The notes under the pieces are model-generated. The model was not told where the DNA came from, did no database searches, and was given only the letters and a program-made list of their open reading frames with translations. A program made the translations under genes and the position numbers. From Gaiellales bacterium (GTDB lineage Bacteria; Actinomycetota; Thermoleophilia; BMS3ABIN01), in assembly GCA_003599855.1 (NCBI GenBank), contig QZKG01000022.1:29927-93926 (forward strand): a stretch of 64,000 nt of DNA, in the 5' to 3' direction. Of this stretch, positions 1 through 11,573 are shown one piece after another (position 1 is the first letter of the stretch; the number at the start of each line of letters is the position of its first letter).

Positions 1-3000
1 CGCGGGTCGACCTCGAGGGCGCTGTCGAAGCAGCGTATCGCCTCATCGTAACGCTTCAGGTGATGCAGGGCGATGCCCTTTCCGGTCCAGGAATCGGCGT
101 CCATGGCATCGATCTCCAGGGCGCGGTCGTAGCTGTCCAGGGCTTCGTCGAAGCGGCCCAGGCGGGCCAGGCTCTGGGCCTTGCCATGCCAGGAATCAGC
201 GCGGCCCGGATCCGATTCGAGCGCCTCGGCATAGCTGGCAACCGCCTCAGCGTAACGCTCCAGGCGCGCCAGGCCCTCGCCGCGGCCATGCCAGGCGTCC
301 ACATAGAGCGGCGCGATCTCCAGGGCCTCATCGAAGGAATCCACCGCCTGGGCGGGCTCTCCCAGGTTGAGCAGGCACTCACCCCTGCCGTACCAGGCAG
401 CCGCATCGCCCATGTCTGTGGCAAGCGCCTTGTCGTAGCTCTTGAGGGCCTTCTCGCACTGCCCCAGCTGCCTGAGGCTCTCGGCGCGGCTCACCAGGTA
501 GCGAGCGTCGGCCGGGGCGAGCTTGAGCGCCCGGTTGAAACTCTGTACTGCCTGCGAATGCCTGCCGGTACGCGCCTGGCACTCACCCTTGCTGAACCAG
601 GCCGGGGCGTTCCTGCCCTCCAGCTTCAGGGAGCGTTCATAGGCCGTGATCGCCGCCTGGAGCTGGTCCAGCCGCTTGAGGCTCTCGGCCTTGCCGAACC
701 AGGTCGCGGCGTCGTGGTGCTTGCGCCGGATAGCCTTCTCGAAGGAATCGACTGCCTCCTGGTCGCGGCCGAGGCCCTGGAGCGACATGGCCTGGCCGTA
801 CCAGATCCGCCCGTCCCTGGCGTCCAGCTCCAGGGCGGCGGCATAGGCCCTGATGGAATCGTCGAGCCGGCCCAGGGCGCGCAGGCTCTCGGCCTTGCCC
901 AGCCAGACGCGGTAGTCGCCCGCCCCGGCGCCGGCGGCTTTGTCATAGCAGGTGATGGCCTCGTCATGCCGCTCGAGACCGCGCAGGCTCTCGGCCTTGC
1001 CGAACCAGGCGTCAGCCCGGGTGGCGTCGACCTCGAGCGCCTTGTCCAGCCAGACGATGGCATCCTCCAGGCGACCGGTGGCGCGGAAGCTGTCACCCTT
1101 GCCGAACAGCGCGCCGACGTGACCGGGGTCGCCCTTGAGCACAGCGTCAAAATCGTTGATGGCGTCGCGATGGTCCTCCAGCAGGCGATGGCACTCACCC
1201 CGTCCGAAGAATGAGGGCAGGTGCTTCTCCATGAGCTGGAGCGACTCGCCGTAGCAGTCGATCGCCCGTTGCAGCCGCCCGAGCGCCCTCAGGCTCTCGG
1301 CCTTGCCGAACCAGGCGCCGCCGCTCTGGGTGTTGAGCTTGAGACACTTTTCGTATCCCCTGACCGCTTTTTCATGCTCGCCGAGGGCTCTAATGCTCTC
1401 AGCGCGGCCGAACTGGGCCTGCTCGTTCCGGGCATCGAGCCTGATGGCGCGGTCATAACTTTTCACCGCCGGGCGCTCACGTCCCAGCAGGCGCTGGCTC
1501 TCCGCCTTGCCGAGCCAGGCCGACGCGTCGCGCGGGGACAGCTTGAGGCAACGCTCGTAAGCGCTTACTGCCTGCCCATGGCTGCCCAGGTTCCTCAGGC
1601 TCTCCGCCTTGCCGAACCAGGCAGGAGCGGATCCGGGCTCAACCTTGAGCGAAGCGTCGAAGCTTGCGATAGCCTCGTCATGGCGACCCAGAGTCTGCAG
1701 GCTCATGGCCTTGCCGAACCAGGCGGTGGCTTCTTCCGGGTCGATCTTGAGGCACTCGTCGTAATCCGGGACCGCCTCCTCGTCGCGCCCCAGCCCGCGC
1801 AGGCTCTCCGCGCGGCCAAGCCAGGCGCCGGCGAAACCGGGGTCGACCGCCAGCGAACTGTCATAGCTGGCGATGGCGTCCTCCAGCCTGCCGAGGTTCC
1901 TCAGGCTCTCCGCCTTGCCGAACCAGGTCCCGGCGTCGCCGGGCTCCAGCTTCAGAGCCTCTTCAAAACTGGCCAGGGCCTCCTCATCGCGGCCCAGTTG
2001 CTGCTGGCAGACACCGCGCCCGAACCAGGCCCCTGCCAGGGAAGCGTCCTGTCTGAGAGCGCCGTCGAAATTGTCTGTCGCCTCCTCGTACCGGCCGAGG
2101 CTCTGCAGGCAAAGCGCCTTGCCGTACCATGAAGCCCCATGGCTGTTGTCGAGATCCAGCGACCGGTCATAACTATCAAGGGCGCGTGCGTCCCGGCCGA
2201 GGGCCCGCTGGCTCTCGGCCTTGCCGAACCAGGCCAGGGCGTCGCCGGCTTCCAGGGAAAGCGCCTTGCCGTAGCTCTTGAGCGAATCCTTCAGGCGGCC
2301 GAGGGCTCGCTGGCTCTCGGCCTTGCCGAACCACGACCTTTCGTCGCGGGGGTCCAGCTTCAGGGCGCGCTCGAAGGACATCAGGGCCGCTTCCTGCCTG
2401 TCCAGCCGGCGCAGGCACTCGCCCTTGCTATGCCATGCCGGCGCGAACCTGTTGTCTGCCTCGAGGGCGTCATCGAAAGACTCAAGGGCCTCCTCATGAC
2501 GTCCGAGCGCGCGCAGGCTCTCACCCCTGCCGTACCAGGACAGCGCCGCCGCCGGGTCGATCTCGAGTGCCCTGTCAAATGACTGGATCGCTTTTTCGAA
2601 GTCTCCCAGCGAGCGCTGGCAATCGCCCTTGCCATGCCAGGATGCGGCGTCGCCGGGGTCGGACTTTATCGCCTGACCGTAAGCGGCGATGGCGTCCTTG
2701 AACATCCCGAGGGCCCGCTGGCTCTCGGCCTTGCCGAACCAGGCGTCGCGGTTAGCGGGTTCCAGCTCCGTCGCCTTGCCGTAGACCACATCCGCCTCTT
2801 CAAGACGGCCCAGGGATGAAAGGCTGCCAGCACGGCTGAGCCAGGCGGCGGTGAAATCAGGTTTCAGGTCGATGGCCCGCTCGAAGCTGGCGAGCGCCTC
2901 TTCGCCGCGGTCGAGCTGCTGCATGCTCAGGCCCCTGCCGTACCACGCCGGCTCCGCCGAGCCATCCAGCTCCAGGGCGCGGTCGTAGGAGTCCGCCGCG

Positions 3001-6000
3001 CTCTCGTTTTTACCCATCAGCCTGAGGCCCTCGGCGCGGCCATACCAGGACGCGTAGCTGCCGGTTTCGACCGCCAGGCTGTGGTCGAAGCTCTCGACCG
3101 CCCGGGGATAGCGCCCGAGCCGCAGCTCGCTCTCGCCCTTGCCGTACCAGGCGAGGGCATCGTCTGGGACCAGGCGTAAAGCTTTCTCGTAGCTGCGAAC
3201 GGCGGTCTCGTCATCCCCCATGCTGCGCAAGCTCTCGGCGCGGCTGTACCAGGCGCGGTCGTCATTACGGTCGATGTCGAGGGCCTTGTCGAGGAAGCGC
3301 ACCGCTTCGACGAAACGCCCCATGCTCCTCATGGCCTCCGCCTTGCCGAACCAGGACTGCTCGTGCCTGGGCTCCAGCTTGATGGCCCGGTCATAACTCT
3401 TTATCGCGTCGGCGAAGCGCCCCAGCCCGCGGAGGCTCTCGGCCCTGCTGAACCAGGCGGGGGCGCTGCCGCTGTCGATCCGGAGCGCCTCGTCGAAGCT
3501 GGAGACGGCGTCTTCGGGACGACTTAAAAGCTCCAGGCAAAGCCCGCGGCTGTACCAGGCGGCGCCGTCTTCCGCGTCGATAGCGAGGGCCCGGTCGAAA
3601 CTGGCGATAGCCTCTTCGAGACGCCCGCCCTCAACCAGGGTCAGACCCCTGTTATACCAGGCCTCTCCATCGTCCGGGTTCAGCTCCAGCGCCCTGTCGA
3701 AGCAGGCGATGGCCTCGTCGAACCTGCCGGCGGCCGCCTCCACCGGTTCTGGCTCTTCCTCTTCGGCAGCCGCTTCCACCGGTTCCGGTTCTTCCTCTTC
3801 GGGGGGCGCCTCTTCAGCCGCAGGCTCCTCGACTTCTTCCAATACTTCTTCTTCTGAGACCGGCATTTCCTCGTAAGCCGCAGGCTCCTCAACCGCCGCT
3901 TCTTCAAGTACTTCTGCTGCAGCTGGCTCTTCTTCCAGCGCCTCTTCGACCGCAAACTCTTCATCAGCAGGCGCCTCTTCAGCGGTGAACTCCTCTTCGG
4001 AGGGCGCCTCTTCAGCCGCAGGCTCCTCCCCTGCTTCTTCCAGGACTCCCTCCCCTGCCATCAACTCTTCTTCGGGGGCCTCGGCTTCGGCCAGCTCCTC
4101 TTCGACTTCCCGCAGCAGCGAATCCAGGGCGCTGGCCGCGGCCGGCTCCTCGACCTCCCCGGGAGCGCCAGCGGCTTCCTCTTCCCCGGCCGGCTCCCCG
4201 GCCTCGGCAGCCTCTTCATCGTGCACCGACGGCATCGCCCATTCCACTGCCTCGTCCTCTTCCTCGGACTGGTACATGAGCTCCTCGTCCACCGGCTCGA
4301 AGGACTGGGAGGACACTACCGCGTCCAGCGACGGCGGGGCCGCCTCCTCCTCCTCGGCTGGCTCTCCTTCCCCGGAGTCCGCTTCCCCAGCGACCTCTTC
4401 GACGACAGGCTCCGCGGCCTCGACGGCCTCCTCCTCCTCGGCCGGCTCTTCCTCTCCGACTTCCGGCTCTTCCTCCTCGGCCTCCATCCAGGCGGGGCGT
4501 TCCCCCCCGGCGTCCAAAGCGGCAAAGAACCGCTCGGCTTCGGTCATCTCCTCCTCAGGCCTGGTCTCCGGCACTGCTTCAGGTTCCAGGGCTTCCTCTT
4601 CAGCGGGCTCCTCCCCGGCGGGCTCTTCCGCGGCTGTTTCAGCCTCGGCCCCGGCTGCCACCTCTTCAGCTTCCACGATCTCTTCGATTTCCACCACTTC
4701 TTCAGCTTCAGCTACCTCGGCAGCCTCCTCGATTCCGGCTTCCAGCGTCTCCGCCGCAAGCTCTTCATCCGCCTCCCATGCCAAAGCTTCTTCTTCTGCC
4801 TCTGCTTCCGGCATCATCTCTTCCACGGGCGTCCCCTCGACAGGTTCTTCCGCCCCGGTCCCGGCTTCTTCGAACTCCTCAGCCGCCGGGGCCTCCTCCG
4901 GCGCCTCTTCCACTACGGCCTCATCCGCCGCCGCGGGCGCCGCCAGTCCCAGCAGTTCACTCCTGAGCAGCTCGGCGCTCTCATCTCCAGGACTGAGCTC
5001 CAATACCTTGTCGAGGGCATCCAGGGCCTCGCTGTCACGCCCGATCTCCTTGAGGCACATGCTCTTGCCCAGCCAGAAATCCACATCCCAGCGGTCCAGA
5101 ACCACCGCCTTGTCGAAGGCGGCCAGGGCGTCATTGTACCGGGACTTCTCCAGCAGGATGGCGGCCTTCTCCCCCCAGCCACGGGCCAGCCCTGGCTCCA
5201 GCTCGATCGCTTTCTCCAGCGATTCCAGCGCGGCGTCGAGGCGACCCATGTCCCGTTGTATCACGCCCAGCTGCGCCCAGGCCTGCGCGCTGGAAGGATC
5301 CAGGCCCACCGCCGTCTCCAGCGATTCCCGGGCTTCGTCCAGGCGGTCCAGGTAGTGGAGGCTGATGCCCCGCTGCAGCGGGATCGTCGCGTCGCGGTGA
5401 TCGAGTTCGAAGGCCTTGTCCAGCGCCTCGACCGCCTCCTCGTAGCGCCCGAGGTTATGCAGACTCAGGCCCTTGTAGTACCAGGCAGCCGGGTCCCAGA
5501 GCTCGACCTGCTCGATCCGCTCGAACATCTCGACAGCCTCTTCTAAACGCCCGGCGGAATTGTAGATGACGCCCTTGTTGAACAGCGCCGCCGTTTCCCC
5601 CGGGTTCGCCTCGATGGCGTGGTCGTAACTCTTCAGGGCGTCGTCGATCCTGTCCAGGGTGTGGAGACTGACGCCGCGGTTGAACCAGGCGGCGGAGTCC
5701 TCGGGTTCGTACTCGACGGCCTTGTCATAGCACTTGATGGCCTCCTCGTGGCGCTCCAGCGCCTGGAGGCTGGTCCCCTTGTTGAACCAGGCGGACGCGT
5801 CGCGCGAGTCCAGCTCCAGCACCGCGTCGAAGGCGGCGATGGCGTCTTCATAACGCCCCTGCTTGTGCAGGCTCACGCCCTTGCGGTACCAGGTCTCGGA
5901 GTTCCACGGGTCAATCCTGAGTGATTCGTCATATGCCTGGACCGCCTCGTCATCACGGTCCAGCCCGGCGAGCGCGCTGCCCATGAGGAAATCGATCTCC

Positions 6001-6238
6001 GCAACGGTCTTGCCCAGCTCATTAGACCTGTCGAAGCAGGTGACCGCCCGTTCCGGCTGGCCCGCTTCGCGGTGTTTCTCGCCCTTCTCGACCAGGCCTG
6101 CGGCCTCTTTATGCACTTTGTCGCGGGCCTTGGCCAGGATGCCCAGTGCCTCCTCGAAATGCCTCACCCCGATCAGCTTGATCCCCTTGGTGATCTGTGA
6201 CCGCGCCGAGCGCGGTGCGGAATATGACATTCTGGCCA
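1..6238 (-). CDS. Giant TPR-repeat protein (>2,070 aa), truncated at window start. Layout: N-terminal TPR block, central acidic E/A/P-rich tandem-repeat linker, then >45 further TPR units.
   Basis: Minus-strand ATG at 6238. Translation gives canonical 34-aa TPR units (e.g. AQSLARLGRFDEALDSYDRALEIDAMDADSW...). The frame stays open to position 1, so it is absent from the ORF track. Plus-strand ORFs 60..1214, 1221..2132 and 2139..2582 are its antisense shadows. Confidence 0.85.
3690..4130 (-). repeat. Tandem degenerate DNA repeats encoding the acidic linker of the TPR protein (EEPAAEEAP..EEE motifs).
   Basis: Units like cgcaggctcctc...gaggggcgcctcttcagc recur at about 3795, 3860 and 3997. They encode repeated EEPAAEEAPxEEE peptide units. 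Confidence 0.55.
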
Positions 6239-6734
6239 TCTATGACTCCTGGTCGTGAGGTAACATAAACATGCCGTCTTCTGCCCCGCCGGACACCCGG
6301 CTGACACTGCCCTGACATCGGGGGGCGCCGGGCATTGCAGTTAAGTGATTGAAAAGGGGTAGGCCTTGGTATCGAGAGCTTTCCTTTACCGGTGCAGTTG
6401 TCGTTTCAGCTGCGATGCGGGCTAACCCCTTTCCGCGGCCGGCATGGCCGCGCCAGTGAAACCAGCCGGCGCTCACCAGCCGACCGTTAAGGAATGATTC
6501 TATACCAAACAATCAGCTTTTTCAGCGCATCCGTTTATTTTTTTTACGTATTTTTCCGACCCCGCAGCCGCGCTCCCGGCTCGCCCGCGAGCTGCCCCGG
6601 GGCTTGCCGAAAGTACCTCGATTCGCCCCGGCAAAGGCAACCCGACATGTAGTTTTGCGGAGAACGGGTATGAACAGGATACGGGAACGATAACTGCGCG
6701 CCGTCAACCGGCGGGCATGGGAAAGGAGACAGAT

Positions 6735-7232
6735 ATGGAGCAAGTCCAAAGGGCGACCTTCGGTGCCGGATGCTTCTGGGGTGTTGAAGAGACTTTCCGC
6801 AACGTGCCTGGAGTCGTTTCGACGGTGGTGGGCTACGCCGGAGGGCACACAGAGGACCCGACCTACGAGGATGTCTGCCACGGCGGGACCGGCCACGCAG
6901 AGGTGATCCAGGTGGAATACGACCCCGGCCAGGTGTCTTACGAGAAGCTGCTGGACACTTTCTGGAGCTCACACGACCCGACTCAAAGGAACCGGCAGGG
7001 ACCAGACGTCGGCAGCCAGTACCGTTCGGTTATCTTCTACCATACGCCGGAGCAGGAAGATGCGGCGCGCAGGTCCATGGAGCTGCTGACTGACAGCGGG
7101 ACCCTGCCCGGTCCGCTGGCCACCGAACTTCTGCCGGCGCCGGAGTTCTACCGCGCAGAAGAGTACCATCAGCAGTATTTCAGCAAGCGGGGATTGCGCG
7201 GCAGCTGTTCCAGCAGGGGGTCCTGTTCCTGA
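6735..7232 (+). CDS. msrA: Peptide methionine sulfoxide reductase MsrA
   Basis: GCFWGVE active-site motif, typical MsrA length. GGAGA SD lies 8 nt before ATG 6735. The ORF-track start 6717 is an upstream alternative. Confidence 0.9.
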   Translation: MEQVQRATFGAGCFWGVEETFRNVPGVVSTVVGYAGGHTEDPTYEDVCHGGTGHAEVIQVEYDPGQVSYEKLLDTFWSSHDPTQRNRQGPDVGSQYRSVIFYHTPEQEDAARRSMELLTDSGTLPGPLATELLPAPEFYRAEEYHQQYFSKRGLRGSCSSRGSCS

Positions 7233-7241
7233 GCAAGACTC

Positions 7242-7733
7242 TCAGTCGCGCATGTTCACGTACTGGAGCGGGATGCCCAGGTCCGCTTCCTTGAGCAAGG
7301 CGATCACCGCCTGCAGGTCGTCCCGCTTCTTGCCGGTCACCCGCACCTGCTCGTCCATGATCTTGGCCTGCACCTTTGACTTCATGCCCTTGACCAGCTT
7401 GACGATCTCCCGCGCCTTCTCGGCGTCGATGCCGGCCACCACGCGGATCTCACGGCGCACCATGTCGCCGGAAGCGTTCTCCACCTTGCCCATGTCCAGC
7501 GCCCTGGGGCTGATCCCCCGCTTGGAAAGGTTGGTGGAGAGCTCGCCCTCGATGGCCTTGAGCTTCATGTTGTCCTCGGTGAGGATCCTGATCACCCCGG
7601 CCTTGCGGTCCAGCGATACCTCGGACTTCGATCCACGGAAATCGTAACGGGTAGTGGTCATCTTCTTCGTCATGTTGACGGCGTTGTCGACCTCCTGCAT
7701 GTCGACTTCGTTGACGACGTCGAATGAGGGCAT
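7242..7733 (-). CDS. yajQ: YajQ-family (UPF0234) nucleotide-binding protein
   Basis: The C-terminal 163 aa of track ORF 7242..8114 (MPSFDVVNEVDMQEVDNAVN...GIPLQYVNMRD) match the YajQ family. ATG at 7733. Confidence 0.8.
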   Translation of the reverse strand: MPSFDVVNEVDMQEVDNAVNMTKKMTTTRYDFRGSKSEVSLDRKAGVIRILTEDNMKLKAIEGELSTNLSKRGISPRALDMGKVENASGDMVRREIRVVAGIDAEKAREIVKLVKGMKSKVQAKIMDEQVRVTGKKRDDLQAVIALLKEADLGIPLQYVNMRD

Positions 7734-7931
7734 CGGCGCTCCTTTCCGCGTTCCTTTTCCCTGACTTTCCAGCCAGTCGTTACCGGCGGCGCCGGGGCTT
7801 ACGTCCCGGCAGGATGCATATTCTAGTGGAAGCACGCCCCGGGGGCAAAGGCGTCGCCGGTTAACAAACGGCGGCGCTGCTCTGATATAGTATTCGGCAT
7901 CACCGGGCGTAAACGACGGGAGAACCAGCGG

Positions 7932-9092
7932 ATGCGGGCCATCAGGAACATCTTCAGACGGAAACTGCGCGCGACCCTCACCATAGGCGGCATCGCCATC
8001 GGCGTGCTGGCGCTGGTGGTCATGGGCGCGATCGCGGAGAAGATGACCCTGCTGGTGAACGGCGGCACGGAGTATTTCAGCGACAAGGTCACCGTATCCG
8101 AGAGCCCGGCCCACTCCATGGCGGCGCTGCCCATGTCCATCGACCGCGTCGCGGAGATGGAGGCGGTGGACGGCGTCAACGTGGCCTCGGCGGGGTGCAC
8201 CCTCCTCCTTGACGAGGATGGCGGGGCTTCTTTCGGCATGCCGGCCATGCTGATCGGCTACGACCTGCGCGCCCGGGACCTGGAATCCTTCGAAGTCACC
8301 TTCGCCGACGGGCGCGACCTGGAGCCGGGGGACCAGGGCAAGGCGGTCATCGGCTCGGACCTGGTCAAGAAGCTGGGGGTGGAGAAGGCCGGCGACACCA
8401 TCGAGGTCCGTGGCCGCACCTTCGAGGTGGTGGGCATCATGGAAGCCACCCTGACCGCGCCGGACACGACGGTGCTGGTCAACCTCCCCGACGCCCAGGA
8501 GATCTTTTACGACGGTTTGCCGGAGTTCGTCCAGTCCATGGTGACCCAGGATGAGGTCATCACCGACCTCACCATCTATCCCGACGAGGGCGTCGATCCC
8601 GACCAGCTGGCGGACCGGCTGGAAGCGCAGTTCGACGACATCGACGCCATCGGCCCGGAGAAGTTTGAGGAGCAGATCGGCAGCATCGCGGACATCTTCA
8701 ACTACATCGTCTACGGCGTGGCCATGGTCTCACTGGTGGTGGGCGGCCTGTCGGTGATCAACACCATGACCATGTCGGTCTACGAGCGGACCCGGGAGAT
8801 CGGCATCCGCAAGGCGCTGGGCGCTTCCGACTGGCGTATCATTCGGCAGTTCCTCACCGAGTCGGCCTGGATCGGCCTCATCGGCGGGATCATCGGGCTG
8901 GCGCTGGGCTCACTGATGACGGCGGGCGGCAACAACGCCATCGAGCAGAGCGGCACCGCCATCTTTTTACTGACGCCGCGCCTGGCCATCGGCTCGTTGG
9001 CGTTCGCGGTGGTCCTGGGCGTGCTGAGCGGCCTCTACCCCGCCTGGCACGCAGCGCGGATGAACCCGGTGGAGGCGCTCAGGTATGAATAA
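7932..9092 (+). CDS. ABC transporter permease, MacB/FtsX type (N-terminal TM, periplasmic domain, C-terminal FtsX 3-TM)
   Basis: 386 aa with FtsX-like C-terminal region (GIRKALGASDWRIIRQFL...). Immediately followed by an ABC ATPase. Confidence 0.85.
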   Translation: MRAIRNIFRRKLRATLTIGGIAIGVLALVVMGAIAEKMTLLVNGGTEYFSDKVTVSESPAHSMAALPMSIDRVAEMEAVDGVNVASAGCTLLLDEDGGASFGMPAMLIGYDLRARDLESFEVTFADGRDLEPGDQGKAVIGSDLVKKLGVEKAGDTIEVRGRTFEVVGIMEATLTAPDTTVLVNLPDAQEIFYDGLPEFVQSMVTQDEVITDLTIYPDEGVDPDQLADRLEAQFDDIDAIGPEKFEEQIGSIADIFNYIVYGVAMVSLVVGGLSVINTMTMSVYERTREIGIRKALGASDWRIIRQFLTESAWIGLIGGIIGLALGSLMTAGGNNAIEQSGTAIFLLTPRLAIGSLAFAVVLGVLSGLYPAWHAARMNPVEALRYE

Positions 9093-9116
9093 AGGGGACG
9101 GGACAGGAGCAGCGGC

Positions 9117-9794
9117 TTGAGCATCATCAGCGTCAAAGAGGTCTATAAACGTTATCAGCTGGGCAGGGAGAACTTCGTCCACGCCCTCAGGGGGGCGACC
9201 ATGCAGGTAGAAAAAGGCGAGATGCTCGCCATTATGGGGCCTTCCGGCTCGGGCAAGTCTACGGTGATGCACCTGATGGGCTGCCTGGACCGGCCGGACC
9301 GGGGCGAGGTGTGGCTGGCGGATCGGCGGGTGGACACACTGCCCCATGGCGAGCTGACGGGCATCCGCGGCAAGGAAGTGGGTTTCATCTTCCAGGGGTT
9401 CAACCTGATACCGACGCTGACCGCCGTCGAGAACGTCGCCCTGGCGGCCGAGTACGCCGGCGCTTCAAGAGGCAAGGCCCGGGAGCGGGCGGAGGACGTC
9501 CTGAAAGAAGTGAGCCTGGCCGACCGCATGGGCCACAAGCCCGGCGAGCTGTCAGGGGGCCAGCAGCAACGGGTGGCCATCGCCCGGGCGCTCATCAACG
9601 AACCGAGCGTGGTGCTTGGGGACGAGCCCACTGGCGACCTCGACACCGAGTCATCCCGCGAGATCATCGGGCTGATGAAGTCCATCAACGAGCGCCAGGG
9701 GACCACCTTCGTGCTGGTCACCCATAACCCCGAGATCGGCGACGCCTGCCACCGCACGGTCCTGATGCTGGACGGCGCCGTCAGCGAAGGCTGA
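9117..9794 (+). CDS. ABC transporter ATP-binding protein (MacB/LolD-like)
   Basis: Walker A GPSGSGKST, signature LSGGQQQRVAIARAL, Walker B VLGDEPTGDLD. TTG start. Confidence 0.9.
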   Translation: MSIISVKEVYKRYQLGRENFVHALRGATMQVEKGEMLAIMGPSGSGKSTVMHLMGCLDRPDRGEVWLADRRVDTLPHGELTGIRGKEVGFIFQGFNLIPTLTAVENVALAAEYAGASRGKARERAEDVLKEVSLADRMGHKPGELSGGQQQRVAIARALINEPSVVLGDEPTGDLDTESSREIIGLMKSINERQGTTFVLVTHNPEIGDACHRTVLMLDGAVSEG

Positions 9795-9845
9795 CACGGC
9801 GCCTGCCGGCTCACGCGGCCGGCCGCCACGGCCGGACCCGGCCCT

Positions 9846-10076
9846 CTAGGGCATCCCCTCCAGCTGCTGGTTGACCTGGTCTTCGATCTCTTTGGCCCGC
9901 TGCTCCGCCTCGTCAGCCGCTTCCTGCGCCTTGTCCACGGCCTCCACCGGGCTGGCGACGCCGCCACCCTGGCCCTGCTGCTCTTCGCCGGACCCGTCGC
10001 CGGAGCCGCAACCCGCGATGCCGGCAGCGGCCAGCGCCAGCAGAAGCAGGATGATCACTGCCTTCTTCCGCTCCAT
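9846..10076 (-). CDS. Small secreted lipoprotein (hypothetical)
   Basis: Signal peptide with lipobox LAAAGIAGC; acidic coiled-coil tail. Confidence 0.5.
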   Translation of the reverse strand: MERKKAVIILLLLALAAAGIAGCGSGDGSGEEQQGQGGGVASPVEAVDKAQEAADEAEQRAKEIEDQVNQQLEGMP

Positions 10077-10298
10077 GGGTCTCCCTTCCTTATGATCGTC
10101 AATGGCCCCACACAGGCCATCCGGGACCTGTCCTTAGCCAAATTCGGCAACGGCGCCGAAAGGATTAGGTCGGCTGGCTCCTGCCAGGACTGCGCCTGCT
10201 GCCCGCGACGCATCTGGCCTCCCTTTGGTCGGTTGAAGGATCGTCTTTTCATGCGGCCGCACCCGCTGCAAGGCTGGGCTGAGGCACTCACTGAGGCC

Positions 10299-11525
10299 CT
10301 ACCGCTGTTTTTCCTCCAGCCTGTAGATGACCCCATCCAGTGAGACCACGTACACCTCGCCGCGTGCATCTTCACCGAAGGAGGTGATCGACCCCGACAC
10401 TTGGGCCACCTCCGTGCTGGATACCACCGCGCCTGTATCCCGGTCGCAGACCAGCGCCCAGACCTTGCCCGAGCCGTAATCGCCGAAGAGGTAGGCTCCG
10501 TCGAGGCCGGCGATCCCCCCGCCGCGATAGACGTAGCCGCCGATGACGGAGATCCCCTCCGAACGGCCGTAGTCGATCACCGGACCGGCGAACTCCGTCG
10601 CCGGGCGCCCCTCCGGGTTGCGGAACTGCTCGCTGCCCTCGAACAGGTTCCAGCCGTAGTTGCCGCCCCGGACCACCAGGTCGATCTCCTCACGGCTTGC
10701 CTGGCCCACGTCACCGGCCCAGAGGTCGCCGGTGGCGCGGTCGAACGAGAAGCGGTAAGGGTTGCGAAACCCCAACGCCCAGACCTCGCCGCGGGCCCCG
10801 GCGGCGCCGATGAAGGGGTTGCCCGGAGGGATCGCGTAGGGATCTCCCGCGAACGGGTCGATGCGCAGGATCTTACCCAGCAGGGTCGACAGGTCCTGGG
10901 CGTTCGCGCTGGGGTCACCCTGGCCGCCGCCATCGCCCAGGGCGATGTACAGGTAACCGTCTGGGCCGAAGGCGAGCATGCCGCCGTTGTGGTTGGAGTA
11001 CGGCTGGGGTTGTTCCAGCATGACCTCCTCGGACCCGGCGTCGGCAGCCAGCGCGCCGCCGGGACCGGCGCTGGTGGTGAAACGGGAGATCCGTGTCGCC
11101 CCTGACGGGCTGGCGGTGTAGTTCACATAGAAGTAGCCGTTACCGGCGAAACCCGGGTCGAAGGCGAGACCGATCAGCCCCTGCTCTCCCCCGGACTCCA
11201 CCCTGTCGCTGATGTCGAGCAGTACCAGCGCTTCCGCGCCCTCACGGTCCTCGAAGACCTTGATGACGCCCGCCTGCTCCACCACTGCCAGCAGCCCGGC
11301 CTCCCCGGGGACAGCCGTCAGGAAGACCGGGGCCCGGAAGGAGATGTCACCGAAAACCCGGACCGCCTCGAGCGGCCGCGGCCGCGGCAGCCCCTCCGCC
11401 TGCGTCCCGGTTACGGTAGCCTCCCTGAAGCTGAAGCCGCCGTCGCCGCCACAGCCGCCGGCGGCCATGAGGATGGCCAGTGCCGGAATGAGGATCGCCA
11501 GGCGAGCTGTGAGTTTGCCGACCAT
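10299..11525 (-). CDS. PQQ-dependent soluble sugar (glucose/sorbosone) dehydrogenase-like beta-propeller lipoprotein
   Basis: YliI/sGDH-like motifs (HNGGMLAFGPDGYLYIALGDGG, GFRNPYRFSFD). N-terminal lipoprotein signal AAGGCGG. Confidence 0.8.
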   Translation of the reverse strand: MVGKLTARLAILIPALAILMAAGGCGGDGGFSFREATVTGTQAEGLPRPRPLEAVRVFGDISFRAPVFLTAVPGEAGLLAVVEQAGVIKVFEDREGAEALVLLDISDRVESGGEQGLIGLAFDPGFAGNGYFYVNYTASPSGATRISRFTTSAGPGGALAADAGSEEVMLEQPQPYSNHNGGMLAFGPDGYLYIALGDGGGQGDPSANAQDLSTLLGKILRIDPFAGDPYAIPPGNPFIGAAGARGEVWALGFRNPYRFSFDRATGDLWAGDVGQASREEIDLVVRGGNYGWNLFEGSEQFRNPEGRPATEFAGPVIDYGRSEGISVIGGYVYRGGGIAGLDGAYLFGDYGSGKVWALVCDRDTGAVVSSTEVAQVSGSITSFGEDARGEVYVVSLDGVIYRLEEKQR

Positions 11526-11573
11526 GCCGCTATCCTTCCCGCCGGCGACCGGGCGAAAACCGGGGCTAGGCGC

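Noticed and set aside
60-2582. Long plus-strand ORFs (60..1214, 1221..2132, 2139..2582) with the repeated QALGLAEPG motif.
   Set aside because: They are the antisense frames of the minus-strand TPR gene. The repeats QALGLAEPG are the reverse reading of TPR codons. No SD/start context. The minus frame gives textbook TPR units.
3680-5546. ORFs 3680..3964(-), 3985..5355(+), 4221..5546(+) with S/A-rich or K/R-rich low-complexity translations.
   Set aside because: They are alternative frames or the antisense of the acidic tandem-repeat linker of the TPR gene. Composition is driven by GAG/GCC repeats.
1-6238. Possibility that the highly regular 102-bp periodic DNA in the TPR region is a CRISPR-like or satellite array.
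   Set aside because: The periodicity is coding (34-codon TPR units) with a continuous ORF and degenerate, non-identical repeats. There are no spacer/repeat alternation and no cas genes.
6239-6734. 496-bp intergenic region between the TPR gene start and msrA as a possible ncRNA (GC hairpin CGCGGCC-GGCAU-GGCCGCG at ~6434).
   Set aside because: There is an isolated hairpin without a U-tract. No conserved motif was recognised. More simply explained as a divergent promoter region.
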